A program made the position numbers and the translations under genes. Under the pieces are notes generated by a model that worked only from the letters and a program-made list of their open reading frames with translations, was not told the origin of the DNA and searched no databases. A stretch of DNA of 64,000 nucleotides from Octopus sinensis (Eukaryota), in NCBI RefSeq assembly GCF_006345805.1, contig NC_043014.1, positions 12,834,001 to 12,898,000 of the forward strand, written 5' to 3'. Of the stretch, positions 13,905 through 25,025 are shown piece after piece. Each line of letters opens with the position of its first letter. Position 1 is the first letter of the stretch.

Positions 13905-14190
13905 ATTGGGTTGTCCGATAAATTTGTTACTTTTTCTTTCACTCCCATCTAAATCATTTTTTTCTGTCATCAACAATTCAAACAAATCAGTCAATAATAT
14001 ATTCCCCTTTATTTTTCACGAGTTCTTGCCAAAATTCCAACTAGCTTGTCAATGCTTTGACAGTAGAGATCACCGAGCTTTGACCGAAAGAAGCCACATG
14101 TCAATGTTGGTTACAGATTTACATAAAACTACTCTCATGGTGTATTGGTAAAATATATTAAATTGAAATGAAAGCAATATCCAAAACATT
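13905..14190 (-). mobile_element. Mariner (DD34D-type) 3' remnant
   Basis: Minus strand encodes GFFRSKLGDLYCQSIDKLV...GNIID*, typical of a mariner C-terminus; end sequence TATTGGGTTGTCCGATAA. The right boundary is approximate. Confidence 0.6.
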
Positions 14191-14744
14191 TACAGTCCCA
14201 AGTGTTTCAGATGAAAAACTAATAATAGCTAAGCACATTAAAAAATTAGTAGCATCTTTGTACCAATTTTTAAAATCCCATCTCTAAAATTGAGCAAATT
14301 TTTCAAATTCTACTGAAAAAAGGTTTTAAATTTAAGTACACCCTATCACTGATATCACCATAGTTGTATGTTGGAGAGGAAAGTGACATCTATTTTGAAG
14401 GAAAAAAAAAGAAAAAGAATTCATCATTTAACGTTTTCTTTGTAGGTGTGGACTAAATGGTTGGACAGGACCTGGCAAACAACAGGGCTGTATCAAGCTC
14501 TGTCAGTTTGGTTTAGTTTCTATGGCTAGGTGATTGCCTTAATACCAACCACTTTATAGAGTGTATTTGGTGGGTGGCTTAGTGCCAGGTGTTAGGAAGT
14601 ATGATCGACAGACAACAGGTGTCTTACTATAAGGACTGGAGGTGTATCTGGGAAGAGCAAACCCTCAAGGAGCTATTTGTACAAAGCATTTAAATCTAGT
14701 TTCCAAGTCAGTTGCAAAATGTACACATAAAAGTAAATTATTTG

Positions 14745-14800
14745 TTGAAAACACAACATGGTTATATGCATTTTAAAATTTTTATTCAAATTTATACATA
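14745..14800 (-). terminator. Probable PABPN1 polyadenylation site
   Basis: Sense AATAAA at 14786-14781, with UGUA just upstream and GU-rich CATGTTGTGTTTTC downstream; implies a 3' UTR of about 1.27 kb. Actual usage is not shown by the sequence. Confidence 0.5.
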
Positions 14801-16036
14801 AATAGAAACATTTTTACCTACATTTCCTCTGCACCTGGCCATGAGGACTGAAAATGATGGCATACAGTCACTAACATCCATATCAATTGTTCTTCACAAG
14901 AGAAATAACACAACTTGCATACTATGAATATTGCTTCTAGTTAAATGAAATCAAGAGCCAAGCTTGTACTTAAAATTTAAGCAGTAAATACCAAATTGAT
15001 AAGATATAAAGTATAGTGCCAGTAATTTGAAGTGGAGACATTTTAGAAGAAAGTGAACCAAATAGCTAAACTAAACCATTAACAAAGAAGAAAACAGCGG
15101 GAGGTTAAAAAGAAACCCAAGACTTGTAGAAAACACAGTTTAGATCCTAAGTCAGATAAATTTTAACATTTATAGTGAGAAAAAAAGCTCATGATTTAAG
15201 ACATTTCAATTTCTTTTTTTTAAATATATTTTTTGTGAAAAGACAAAAAAATTCATGAATACCTTAATAGCAACTTAGAAAGACATACTTGCTCGAACAA
15301 GTTGACTGCACTTTTGACTCTTGCAAATTAGCACAACATGACGGTTTTTTTTTTTTCAAAATTTTTTAAAAACTATTCTTCCCAAATCACTTAAATATGA
15401 TGAAAAACAGTGGAACAGGAGTGGCCTAAGCAACTGAAACAAAGGTTTTCTGCTAATCAACCAGTCAGTTGAACCTAAGTAATAAACAGGAACTGTTATA
15501 GTAGCAGAGATAGAAGAAATCACTTGACTGAAAACTGCACATGAAGGAAAATCTCAGCTAATAATTTAAATATATAATTAAGACAATTTAAACTTAACCG
15601 GTAGTAATTAATGAATGTTTGTGTGTATGTACATATATAAATAAATACACTCATATACATACACAACAAAAAGTAAGCTAGTGCAAAATCTGTTCAAACA
15701 TACTGTTTGACTTGAACAAAACTCGAAAATTATAGAACTGACTCAGCTGAAAGAGCATAAAATATTTTCCCCAGTAGAAAAAAAAACTATTTCTTTAATC
15801 AAGATACAAACTCCAGACACTTCCATGACAAGCACTCACACACTGACCTAGAGTTATCCAAATGGGAGGAAAAATTCTAAAAATTCTGCAAAAATATAAA
15901 ATAGGCCAGCTGAGTTGAAGGATCAACTAGTTGCCTGTTAGGAGATGGAAAAAAAAAATTAAAAAGCGTGGCAGATGAAATGTAATCTCCTTGAAACTTT
16001 CTTTAATACAATGGAAATCCTCCAAGTAAAGAGTGC

Positions 16037-16073
16037 TCAGTAAGGCTGGTACCAAAGCGACCTCCGGAAGCGA
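16037..16073 (-). CDS. PABPN1: PABPN1 terminal coding exon 7 (SRFRRSLWYQPY*)
   Basis: ttattttttaatttcag acceptor; phase matches exon 6; ends R-x5-PY (PY-NLS-like; compare human WYSPY); TGA at 16039-16037. Total CDS 645 nt, 214 aa. Confidence 0.92.
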
Positions 16074-16237
16074 CTGAAATTAAAAAATAAGAAAAGGAAA
16101 AAAAAAGTATCATATATGGATACTCACAAATATGAATTCATACATGTTACCTGTATATTACACAAACACATACATATTGTATATATACATATATATATAT
16201 ATATATAGATACACACACACACACACATATATACATA

Positions 16238-16746
16238 CAAGGTGTCCCAGAATTAACTATTTCAGTAAAATTCAACAATTTTTTAAAGAATTTTAAGAAC
16301 TCACTTTTAATTACTTTCATCACGTTTAATATATGTTAAAAGTGTTAAAATTTATAATTTTCCTCTTTTTTCTTTTGATAATTTTATTTCCATTCTCGAT
16401 GGATCCCACTTATCTGCCCACGAGTGGTTTTTCCAATTTGGCTGCAACCATTTTCTGTAACTTCATCCCCAGGATGGAGCAATAGTTTGGCTGAACTTAA
16501 AGAATGCATTCAATTAGCAGTGCAGGAGATAACTCCTGAAATGCTTCACAATATGGTTCACAACACTAATTTGCATGGATACAAAGCATATCTTGAAAAT
16601 TTTCAATACAGTTTTCACATAAGATTTATAAATCCATTTCTTTTGGTATCACATAATGATCCATTAAACATAAAATTGTCAGTTTTTTTTTTATTTTTTA
16701 AATTGCTTATTTCATTGAAAGAGACAGTTAATTTTGATACACCCTG
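16238..16746 (+). mobile_element. Internally deleted Tc1/mariner derivative in the PABPN1 terminal intron
   Basis: Imperfect TIRs CAAGGTGTCCCAGAATTAACT / AGTTAATTTTGATACACCCTG with TA flanks; transposase C-terminal remnant LAELKECIQLAVQEITPEMLHNMV. Confidence 0.75.
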
Positions 16747-17887
16747 TACATGTATACACATTTTTCACATATATATTCACATCAGCACAATTCACAAATT
16801 CATTCACCTGGATGCTGTGGGTGCCTTGGAAACAAAATGACAGTTGCCATAAACTGTGGAGATTCACATGGTACAATCCTGCCTGAAGCTTCACTTTGAA
16901 AGATGGTGTATGTATAATCTTTATCTGAAGAAGACCCAAACAACAAAGTGTCAATAGCAATCTCAAAAATATTAAAAATTTTAATTATTGATTGAAATGT
17001 CACATCTGGTTATGATTGACTTATTTAAATGCCAAATTTAAGCACACGAAAAAATTAAGGCAATGGAACAGCAGGAAAAAAAATATATAAGTAATAATAA
17101 TTTAGGCGCGAAATGAATATTTTTGAAGAGCTTTCCTCTTGACAATGTTGTTTGGGTCTTAATTTGAACTTGAAATCATTGTTGTTCCAGTTTAAAGGAA
17201 CTAAAGATATATGCTATCAGTCTATAGAGAGCCAAGTAAAATACTCACTATTACAGTAAACTTTAGCAATCCATGTAAATAAGAGAACAAAAGATTTCAA
17301 GTCCAAATGCTGTTAACCATCTGCTAACAAATTAACTTGGCAGTTTACTTCAGAGCAACGGAGGCCCGTAATCATATTTGAGCACCAAAAGCAGTTTGGA
17401 AATATACAAATATTTTAGAAATAAATTAAGAGTATCTTTGTTACAGAGAAGAAAAAATATATATTTAAAATCTCCAAAAATTATTCAAAAATTTCCAATA
17501 GTGACTGCAGCCTTAATCATTTATTAAAATTAGGATTATACATACTATATAATCCAAAATTAAACTGTTTTTAAATACAATTATAAACTTTAATAATAAT
17601 AATAATAATAAATAGTTTCACATACAATTTTAAGATACTCTTAAGACAGGAAATGAACTGTCAACAACTGAAAATATACATATTCATATGGTTGTTTATT
17701 AGCACTGATAAACTGTATATGCATATGTATATTTTTGTGTGAATATATATATATAAAGTGTATGTAAATATGAATGTCTGTGTGTGCATACAAACAGTGA
17801 TAATGCAATGATGAAACAAAAACTAAATCATACTTGCCTTGGACAGTTGCAAAATAAACCACACATAACAAAAAATATTACACTGAC

Positions 17888-18027
17888 CTGTATCTAGGTC
17901 TAGATCTTGGTGCATAAGGATAATATCCAGATCCCATGCCACCTCTGAAATAACTCCCTCGTCGGGAACGCCCTCTGCCACGGTTTGTAGTGCTGATACC
18001 AGGCCTATTAGTTCTCTTAGCCATTAC
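17888..18027 (-). CDS. PABPN1: PABPN1 exon 6 (VMAKRTNRPGISTTNRGRGRSRRGSYFRGGMGSGYYPYAPRSRPRY), Arg/Gly-rich tail
   Basis: ctttgtcaaaaag acceptor and GTCAGT donor; 140 nt, phase 0 to 2; KRTNRPGISTT signature. Confidence 0.95.
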
Positions 18028-18409
18028 CTTTTTGACAAAGTAGATAAAAAAAAAACAAGAAAAAATATTGAAATGTTCTTGAAGTTTCTTTAAGAATAAG
18101 AATGTAAAGGAGTCCAGGACGGCTAAAATGGCCTAAACCATATTTTGCAAAATAAATAGAAAAAAAAAAAAGAAAAAAAGAGTTACTAATAACGATAAAT
18201 GACTTACTGAAGGAATTAAAAAAAAAAAAGTAAAGAAAAAATTAAAAAGTTACCAATAATGATAAATATCTTAATGAAGAAACTTAGAAAAACGAAAAAG
18301 AAAAAAAAGAAAAGAAAAAAGAAAAAGAGCAGGGATGGGTGTAAAAAGAAAAAAAAATAACTGAATCGACTTGGGTTAGTCAACATTTTTTTAGGGTCCT
18401 ACTACTCAC

Positions 18410-18416
18410 CTGTAGT
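18410..18416 (-). other. Candidate 7-nt micro-exon or recursive splice site (tttttttatttcag ACTACAG gtgagt)
   Basis: Good acceptor and good donor 7 nt apart; inclusion gives T-T-G-N-G-stop, with TAA at 18019-18017. Confidence 0.4.
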
Positions 18417-18967
18417 CTGAAATAAAAAAAATATTTATAGTACAATGAGAAAAATGCATTAAAAAAAAATTTCATCACACTTTTTTTCTTTACCTTTTTT
18501 CTTTCCTCTTGCTATTTTTTCAAGTAATATTTTCTGGAAGAATTTTTTTATGCCTTTAGTATTGAATATATATATAAATATATATACTGTTCATCCATCA
18601 GAAAAAAAAGCTGCCATTTGGAATAAATTATTATTTATCTTAACTTGCTAAGCACTGAATAATATCTAAATAAGCCTTGATTTTTTTTCTCTTTTCTTTT
18701 TACTTTTTTTTTTCTAGGTATATCGTCTTATAATGTTTTAATTAAAAGCATAGCAAAATGTGGGATAGCTTCTGCATCCTAAGTCTTCTAGTATATCTAA
18801 ACTGACTGATGGAATTTCTGGAAATGGAAGTAGCAGCCATTGATGCTCAAGACACAAAAAGTTAGTGCCAGCTGAGCTTAGATCAATATCAAACACACTG
18901 CCAGAATTACAAGAGGCCATGTCTGTAGAGTAGTTACAACTGGGGTTATGTTAAAACTAAGGCTTAC

Positions 18968-19286
18968 CTTCAACGTGTGGCACTTCTGCGGCAGACATCC
19001 AACACCAATTCCACAATTTTACACAAGTAGCTGGTATTAGAAAACGCCCCATTTTCATTTCGCCATAATAAATTTTTTTTCCAGAAATTTTTTAAGATTT
19101 TTTGCTTTTTTTCATTTTTTTCTAACTTTTTTCTAGCTTTTTTTTTGTATCTTAATTTTTTTAGCAAATTTTTTTTCCTGCTTTTTTAAATTTTTTTTTC
19201 AAGTTAATTTCTTATGTTGGAGCAATCTCATGATACCAGTATTTCTCCTCTTGAAATGCAAAGCCTCATCTGCAAGCCAACCTGTT
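18968..19286 (-). other. Candidate poison cassette exon in PABPN1 intron 5 containing an oligo(A) array
   Basis: Acceptor ccattttgtttag|AACAG; strong donor AAG|GTAAGC at 18968; in-frame TGA at 19268-19266 after exon 5; 11 sense A6-A9 tracts at 19073-19199. Confidence 0.5.
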
Positions 19287-20007
19287 CTAAACAAAATGGC
19301 CGAAAGATCAAATACTGACAGGAAAGCTTACAAAAATACAAAATGTATATATCTTTTTTTCTCTCTTGTTTCTTTTTAGGATCTGTCGGCACCTCAGTGT
19401 ATACATACTAACATGATGGGATGATCATGTATGTAAAGAGGCATACAGTGCAGAGTTAGAGATAAAATACAACACAAGATCTTGGAATGTAATAGAATTT
19501 CAAAAACAGCATATTTAAGCATTGATGTTACAATTCACTACAAAAATGACAAAAAAAAAAAGGAAAGAAAAAATAAAAAGTTCAGGTAGAACTCTGAGCA
19601 TCCAATATAAATTAGACGCCATTGCAGGTAACTCGATAGCTGACAACTTAATTATATAATCGTTCATTTTTTAAGTGCAATGTAAATCATGGTTAAATAG
19701 CCAAGCAATACTTCCAAGATCTCTGTTTTTTAATTACATACACAATGCCCAATCTAACTAGCCTTTAAGATAAGGCACCATTCTTCAATATCTTTTCTTT
19801 GGTGTGTATTTTTTTAAGTAAACTTTTTCCCCAACCTTATGGTGGGTGACTCCCGCTACATTAAAAGGAAAATTTAATATCTCAACTAGTAACAGCTATA
19901 TTAGAAACTAGAATGGAGTTATTGTTGTGTGTGAAAGGTTTTAACCCCCAACCTCCTTTTATTTCACTGGTTTTAGTGAAGTCAATGCAATGATGTAGTT
20001 TACTTAC

Positions 20008-20095
20008 CTTGATTTGTCTTGCTCTAAAGAGGGACTCATCTAAAGCCATAGCAGTTCCTACTGAGTCTTTATCAGCAAATTCCACGTATGCAAAC
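20008..20095 (-). CDS. PABPN1: PABPN1 exon 5 ([29 protein letters not shown]), RNP1 and end of the RRM
   Basis: aattttag acceptor and GTAAGT donor; 88 nt, phase 2 to 0. Confidence 0.97.
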
Positions 20096-21197
20096 CTAAA
20101 ATTAACAAAGACTCAAATCATGAACAACACACCAAGAAAGTATATTTAAAAACAAAAACCTACTTTGTAATAAGTGAATATCTGGTTTCAATTTCCCTTA
20201 TTTCCAATAATAAAAAGAATACCAATGGAAACAACAAAAATGGTTTCCCCCAGTCTCGTCACTTAGGGTCCACTTTTCTATGCATTCATGGGTCAGATCG
20301 ATTTTCTACAGCCACAAACCCTTCCTACTTCCCAAAAAAGGTTTCCAGATAATTGAAAACAACCTTGAATTTTTGACAATTTAGAACCATTATGCTAAGG
20401 GTACAAATACACATATATAGACAACTATGTATCATCATCATCGTTTAACGCCCGCTTTCCATGCTAGCATGGGTTGACTGAGGACTGGTGAGCCAAAGGC
20501 TGCACTAGGCTCAATCTGATCTGGCAAAGTTTCTACAGCTGGATGCCCTTTCTAATGCCAACCATTCCGAGAGTGTAGTGGGTGCTTTTTATGTGCTACC
20601 TACACGGGAGCCAGTCTGGCAGCACTGGCAACGATTACGCTCGAATGCTGTGTTCCATGTACCAGTAAGGCGATCACCCTCAAATAGTGATTTTCAGATG
20701 TCACCGGCAAGGAGCCAATCCGTGGCCCTGGCAACTATCACACTCAGATGTGTTGTTAACGTTCCACTGGCACAAGTGCCAATCAGGTGGTACTGTCATT
20801 GGTCATGTCATATATATATGACAAGTTTCTTTCAGTTTCCACCTACGAATTCCACTCACAAAGTTTGCGTTGGCCTGGAGCTGAAGTAGCAGATACTTGC
20901 CCAAAATGTCACATAATGGGACTGAACCCAAGACCACATGGTTGAGGAGCAACCACACAGCCATGTCTACTCCCTAGTGGAATATAACTGTAGAGAGTAA
21001 AGAAACTACAAACTGATTAAATAATAATAGAAAAATTTAAGGTTTCAAGAAGAGTGTAGAATTCTCCATCCAAATTAGCTTCACACAAGACATCAACCAT
21101 ATTTTAATATTGTTTATCGGCCGTTTTGCCTAATTTACTAATGAAATATATATTGACTGGACATCACAATTCCATAAAAATAAAAACTGATACTTAC

Positions 21198-21304
21198 CCT
21201 TTTGGGTGTCCACTGTATTTGTCACACAAGATAGTTACTCTGTTAACTGAACCACAACCATGAAAATGTTGTTCTAGTTCTTCAGCAGTGGCACCATAAT
21301 CAAC
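21198..21304 (-). CDS. PABPN1: PABPN1 exon 4 ([36 protein letters not shown]), RRM
   Basis: tttaaag acceptor and GTAAGT donor; 107 nt, phase 0 to 2; near-invariant PABPN1 RRM segment. Confidence 0.97.
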
Positions 21305-21821
21305 CTTTAAATAATAACAACAACAACTTTAAAGTGGAGAATATTAAGCAAGTTGATATGGAGGTCTAAATCAACTAATAAATTATCACTATTAATCAGG
21401 TATAGAAAACTGAGAAGGTATTTAATAAAAATAACCATCTATGTGTATCATACACACTACTGATAGACCAGTCACCGCAGTATTTGTTACGGTTAAGGTT
21501 CTTGTGTTAAAAACACATCAGAGATTGATGAAAATGTCTCAGCCACATCAGGCATTCCCAATGATTGCTGCCAGAACAAAGTTTTATCTCCCTGATATTG
21601 TGATTTTAACACAGCAGGACTATAAGAGATGCTATCCCAAGGGAAATACTGCAGTAACTGGCCTATCAACAGTGTGTAGACAATAAGTATGATCATCATT
21701 ATTATTAAATAATAAATTCTCATATAAGTACAAGGTCAAAAATGTTGGAGAACAGTCAATTATATCCAATCCCCAGTACTTGTACTAATAAATACTATTA
21801 TATATATCAAGATTTACTTAC

Positions 21822-21886
21822 ATTACCAACAAATATAGATCGCTGGTCAGCTTCCATTTTCTCTTCAAACGTAGGAAAATTTGGTG
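21822..21886 (-). CDS. PABPN1: PABPN1 exon 3 (TPNFPTFEEKMEADQRSIFVGN), RRM RNP2
   Basis: ttttattttag acceptor and GTAAGT donor; 65 nt, phase 1 to 0. Confidence 0.95.
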
Positions 21887-23122
21887 CTAAAATAAAATAC
21901 AATGATCTTAGGATTATCAATCTATTATAGTCATGCACAAGTAACAGATTAAATGGACTCTAGCCACTGCAAACACATTTGGGTAAAGTCTCATATAACA
22001 AACATCATGCCAATAGAATTGTTAATCCATCTCTTAGAGTACTAATTTTCACACACAAAAACTCCACCTGATTTTGCTGTAGCCATCACTAGAACCTACA
22101 AATTTTCATGAAGAACAACTAAAATATTATGGTAGACAAATGAATGTTTAACATTGAATTAATGCACGGGTCATTAAAAAAGGTTAATGCAGCAAGGGGA
22201 TAAAATGTATGGCAGGTAGACAATAGCAATGTTTAGATGTTCTCCGTATATGATACACCATACTTACTGACATAAAATAGTTTGGCAGAGGTAAAGAATA
22301 CATACACCACCTGTTTTCAGTGCAACAAAAATCGTAACCTCAAACACCAGGTGTGCATGTTCTTTACTATTGCCAACAGTTTACATGAGTAGACATGGAT
22401 TTAAGCAGATTTTAAGAAAGAAAGAAAAATGCAGCAAGTTCAATGGAGTCTATCTTTTGCTGATGTCTAAGACTAAACAAATGTCAGGGAGTTGTTTTCT
22501 GCACTTCTACAGTACAGTTTTTATTCTATCAGATAGTTATTTTTAATTAACTTTTTAATGCTTACTGCTTTGAACTTTTAGAATCTACAAATAACTATGC
22601 GTTAAGGCATTCTTTCCAACCACTTTTGGGTTGAGTCTCACATCATGGTTCCTTCGGCAAGTATCCTCCTCTATAGCTCTAGGTTGACCAATGCCTTGTT
22701 GAGTGGATCTGGCAGATGGAAACTTGAAGAAGCCACTGCATGCCTGTGTTTGTGTGCTGTTGCTTCCTTGCCTGTCATTGCACAATGGTTGTAAACAAGA
22801 GTTACCATATTGCAATAATCCTTCCAATCTTCCATGGAAACATGCCCAATGATGTGGAAACAAGTGAGAATTGGCAACAGGAAATTGGCCATAGAAAATC
22901 CACCTGACCCAGACAAATATGGAAAAGCATACGAAAGAGACCATACTAAGCATGATCTTAGGATACAATGGATTAAACACCTGGAACATACTTGATAATA
23001 GGGATGTACTGGGTTAAGAAACAAGAACAAATTATTCTCTAAATTATTTTATTTATTCCATTACAGTACCTATGAAAAAATACTTTGTTGTGGAACTCAA
23101 TGCCAAAAAAACCCACACTTAC

Positions 23123-23228
23123 TTGCAGCACTAATATTCATCTGTTTTTCTACCTCACTCTGCAACTCTTTTAATTTTTCTGCTTCTTCCTCCATCTCTC
23201 TTACTCTTGCTTTAATAGCTTCTAATTC
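23123..23228 (-). CDS. PABPN1: PABPN1 exon 2, coiled-coil/PAP-stimulating helix ([35 protein letters not shown])
   Basis: ttcaacag acceptor and GTAAGT donor; 106 nt, phase 0 to 1; the peptide is the PABPN1 signature helix. Confidence 0.97.
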
Positions 23229-24570
23229 CTGTTGAAGAAATTCCAAGAACAATACAAATATGAAAATTTCATGTTTTAACAAAGACAGCGAGGAAGCAAA
23301 GAACAAAATATTGTTATATACGAAAAAAGTACGTTTGATTCAGACCGTTTTCTCCGGGATACACAGTATAAAAGCGAAAATGATGCTCTAAACTCGAAAT
23401 TCCTAATCAAGACTTCTTGACTGTAATTTAGGGATTTGGAAAAGTTTAATTATAAATTGAATGCAAATTGTCTGCTCGATCAGAAACGGTAAAAATTTAC
23501 CCAACAAAATAAAATATAACGAAATTGTTTGTAGTAACGTTTAATCACAGAAGGTATAATATAATCATTCCTATGTCGAGTTGGGCTAAAACACTATTTA
23601 AAGCAACGAGTTCTCACGACACGTAAATATATAAAACCACGTGTGCCACAACATATAAGTAAAACGACTGCAATTTCTTTTATCTCTGTTGAAGTTTAAT
23701 TCTTGGTATCTTTAAATGTTTGCAATTACTCCTTTCCACACGGAAGGAAGATGCTGATTAAACTATCCAGAAGGGGAAATGTGAAAATTCCCGAAACATA
23801 GGGGAAATCCAATTACATTAAAATAACCGCTGTCTATTGATTGACTGCAGAGGTGGATGCGTTAAAATGCTTGATGAAATGTAGCAACGTACACATTTTA
23901 AATGAACAACTTCAGCTATATATATATATATATATTTATTATATACATACATACATATTGCATGTTGTCTCAAAATATTCGACATTTTGTAGCGATTATC
24001 ATTTATGTCATAAAGACTTTTGTGAACACGAGAATTTATGATGCTAAAAAAAATTTCTTAACACCTTCGCATTATTCAAACACCGAATCGTTTGCATGAA
24101 TAACAAAAAAATTTTTTTTTTAAAGAATGGATATTGAAATGACAAGTCTTTGAAATCGATCGGTCGTACACGTGTGTATGAGGGAGGGAGAGGAGAGAAG
24201 AACGGTTCAAAATCGATATTCAATTATGTAACAATCTCTGGTTATAATTATTTACTAGCAACCCAAATTTTTTCCCCAAAAAAATATACACGAAACGTTA
24301 AGATACGGTCAATTCCCAAAAATAGCTTTTCTTTTTATTATATTACACGATCGGCAAATTAGCAGCAGCAATAGAAAATAAATAGGGCTGTGAACACGAA
24401 GTGACCTTTTTTTTCTTTTATCATTTTAAATAGGTAAGAGACAGCGCAGATGGAATTCAATCAAGATTCTCCAAAAGCCGGGAAGCGTTCTCCATTCGCC
24501 AGTTTCCTTTGGAATCAAGCGCCAGCTTCTTCAGTAAAAGATGTCACATTTTCTTCCTTGCACTGGATTG

Positions 24571-25025
24571 ATATACCAATATATATATATACATACATAT
24601 ATATATACATATACATACATATATATATACTTATATATACATACATATTGCCATACATACATACATATATATATACATATACATACATATATATATACTT
24701 ATATATACATACATATTGCCATACATACATACATATATATATATATATACATACATATTGCCATACATACATACATATATATATATATATACATACATAC
24801 ATATATACATATACATCCATATATATACATACATCCATATATACATATACATCCATATATATACATCCATATATATATATCCATATATATATATACATAT
24901 ATATATATACATATATATATACATCCATATATATGCATACATATATATATATATGCATACATATATACATATATATATATGCATACATATATACATACAT
25001 ATACATATATATACATATACATATT
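24571..25025. repeat. Compound (TA)/(TACA)/(TACATC) microsatellite in PABPN1 intron 1
   Basis: Directly visible; source of six spurious Y/I/H/T-rich ORFs. Confidence 0.95.

Noticed and set aside
13771-14151. 126-aa ORF
   Set aside because: Its second half is antisense mariner sequence; the first 107 nt could be AG/GT-bounded but resemble nothing I recognise.
17249-17325. Possible alternative exon in PABPN1 intron 6 (NAGNAG acceptor, GTGAGT donor)
   Set aside because: Weak pyrimidine tract and a peptide unlike PABPN1; cannot be supported without RNA data.
18970-19167. Lys-rich 65-aa ORF
   Set aside because: A by-product of the oligo(A) array; not in frame with exon 5 without an intervening stop.
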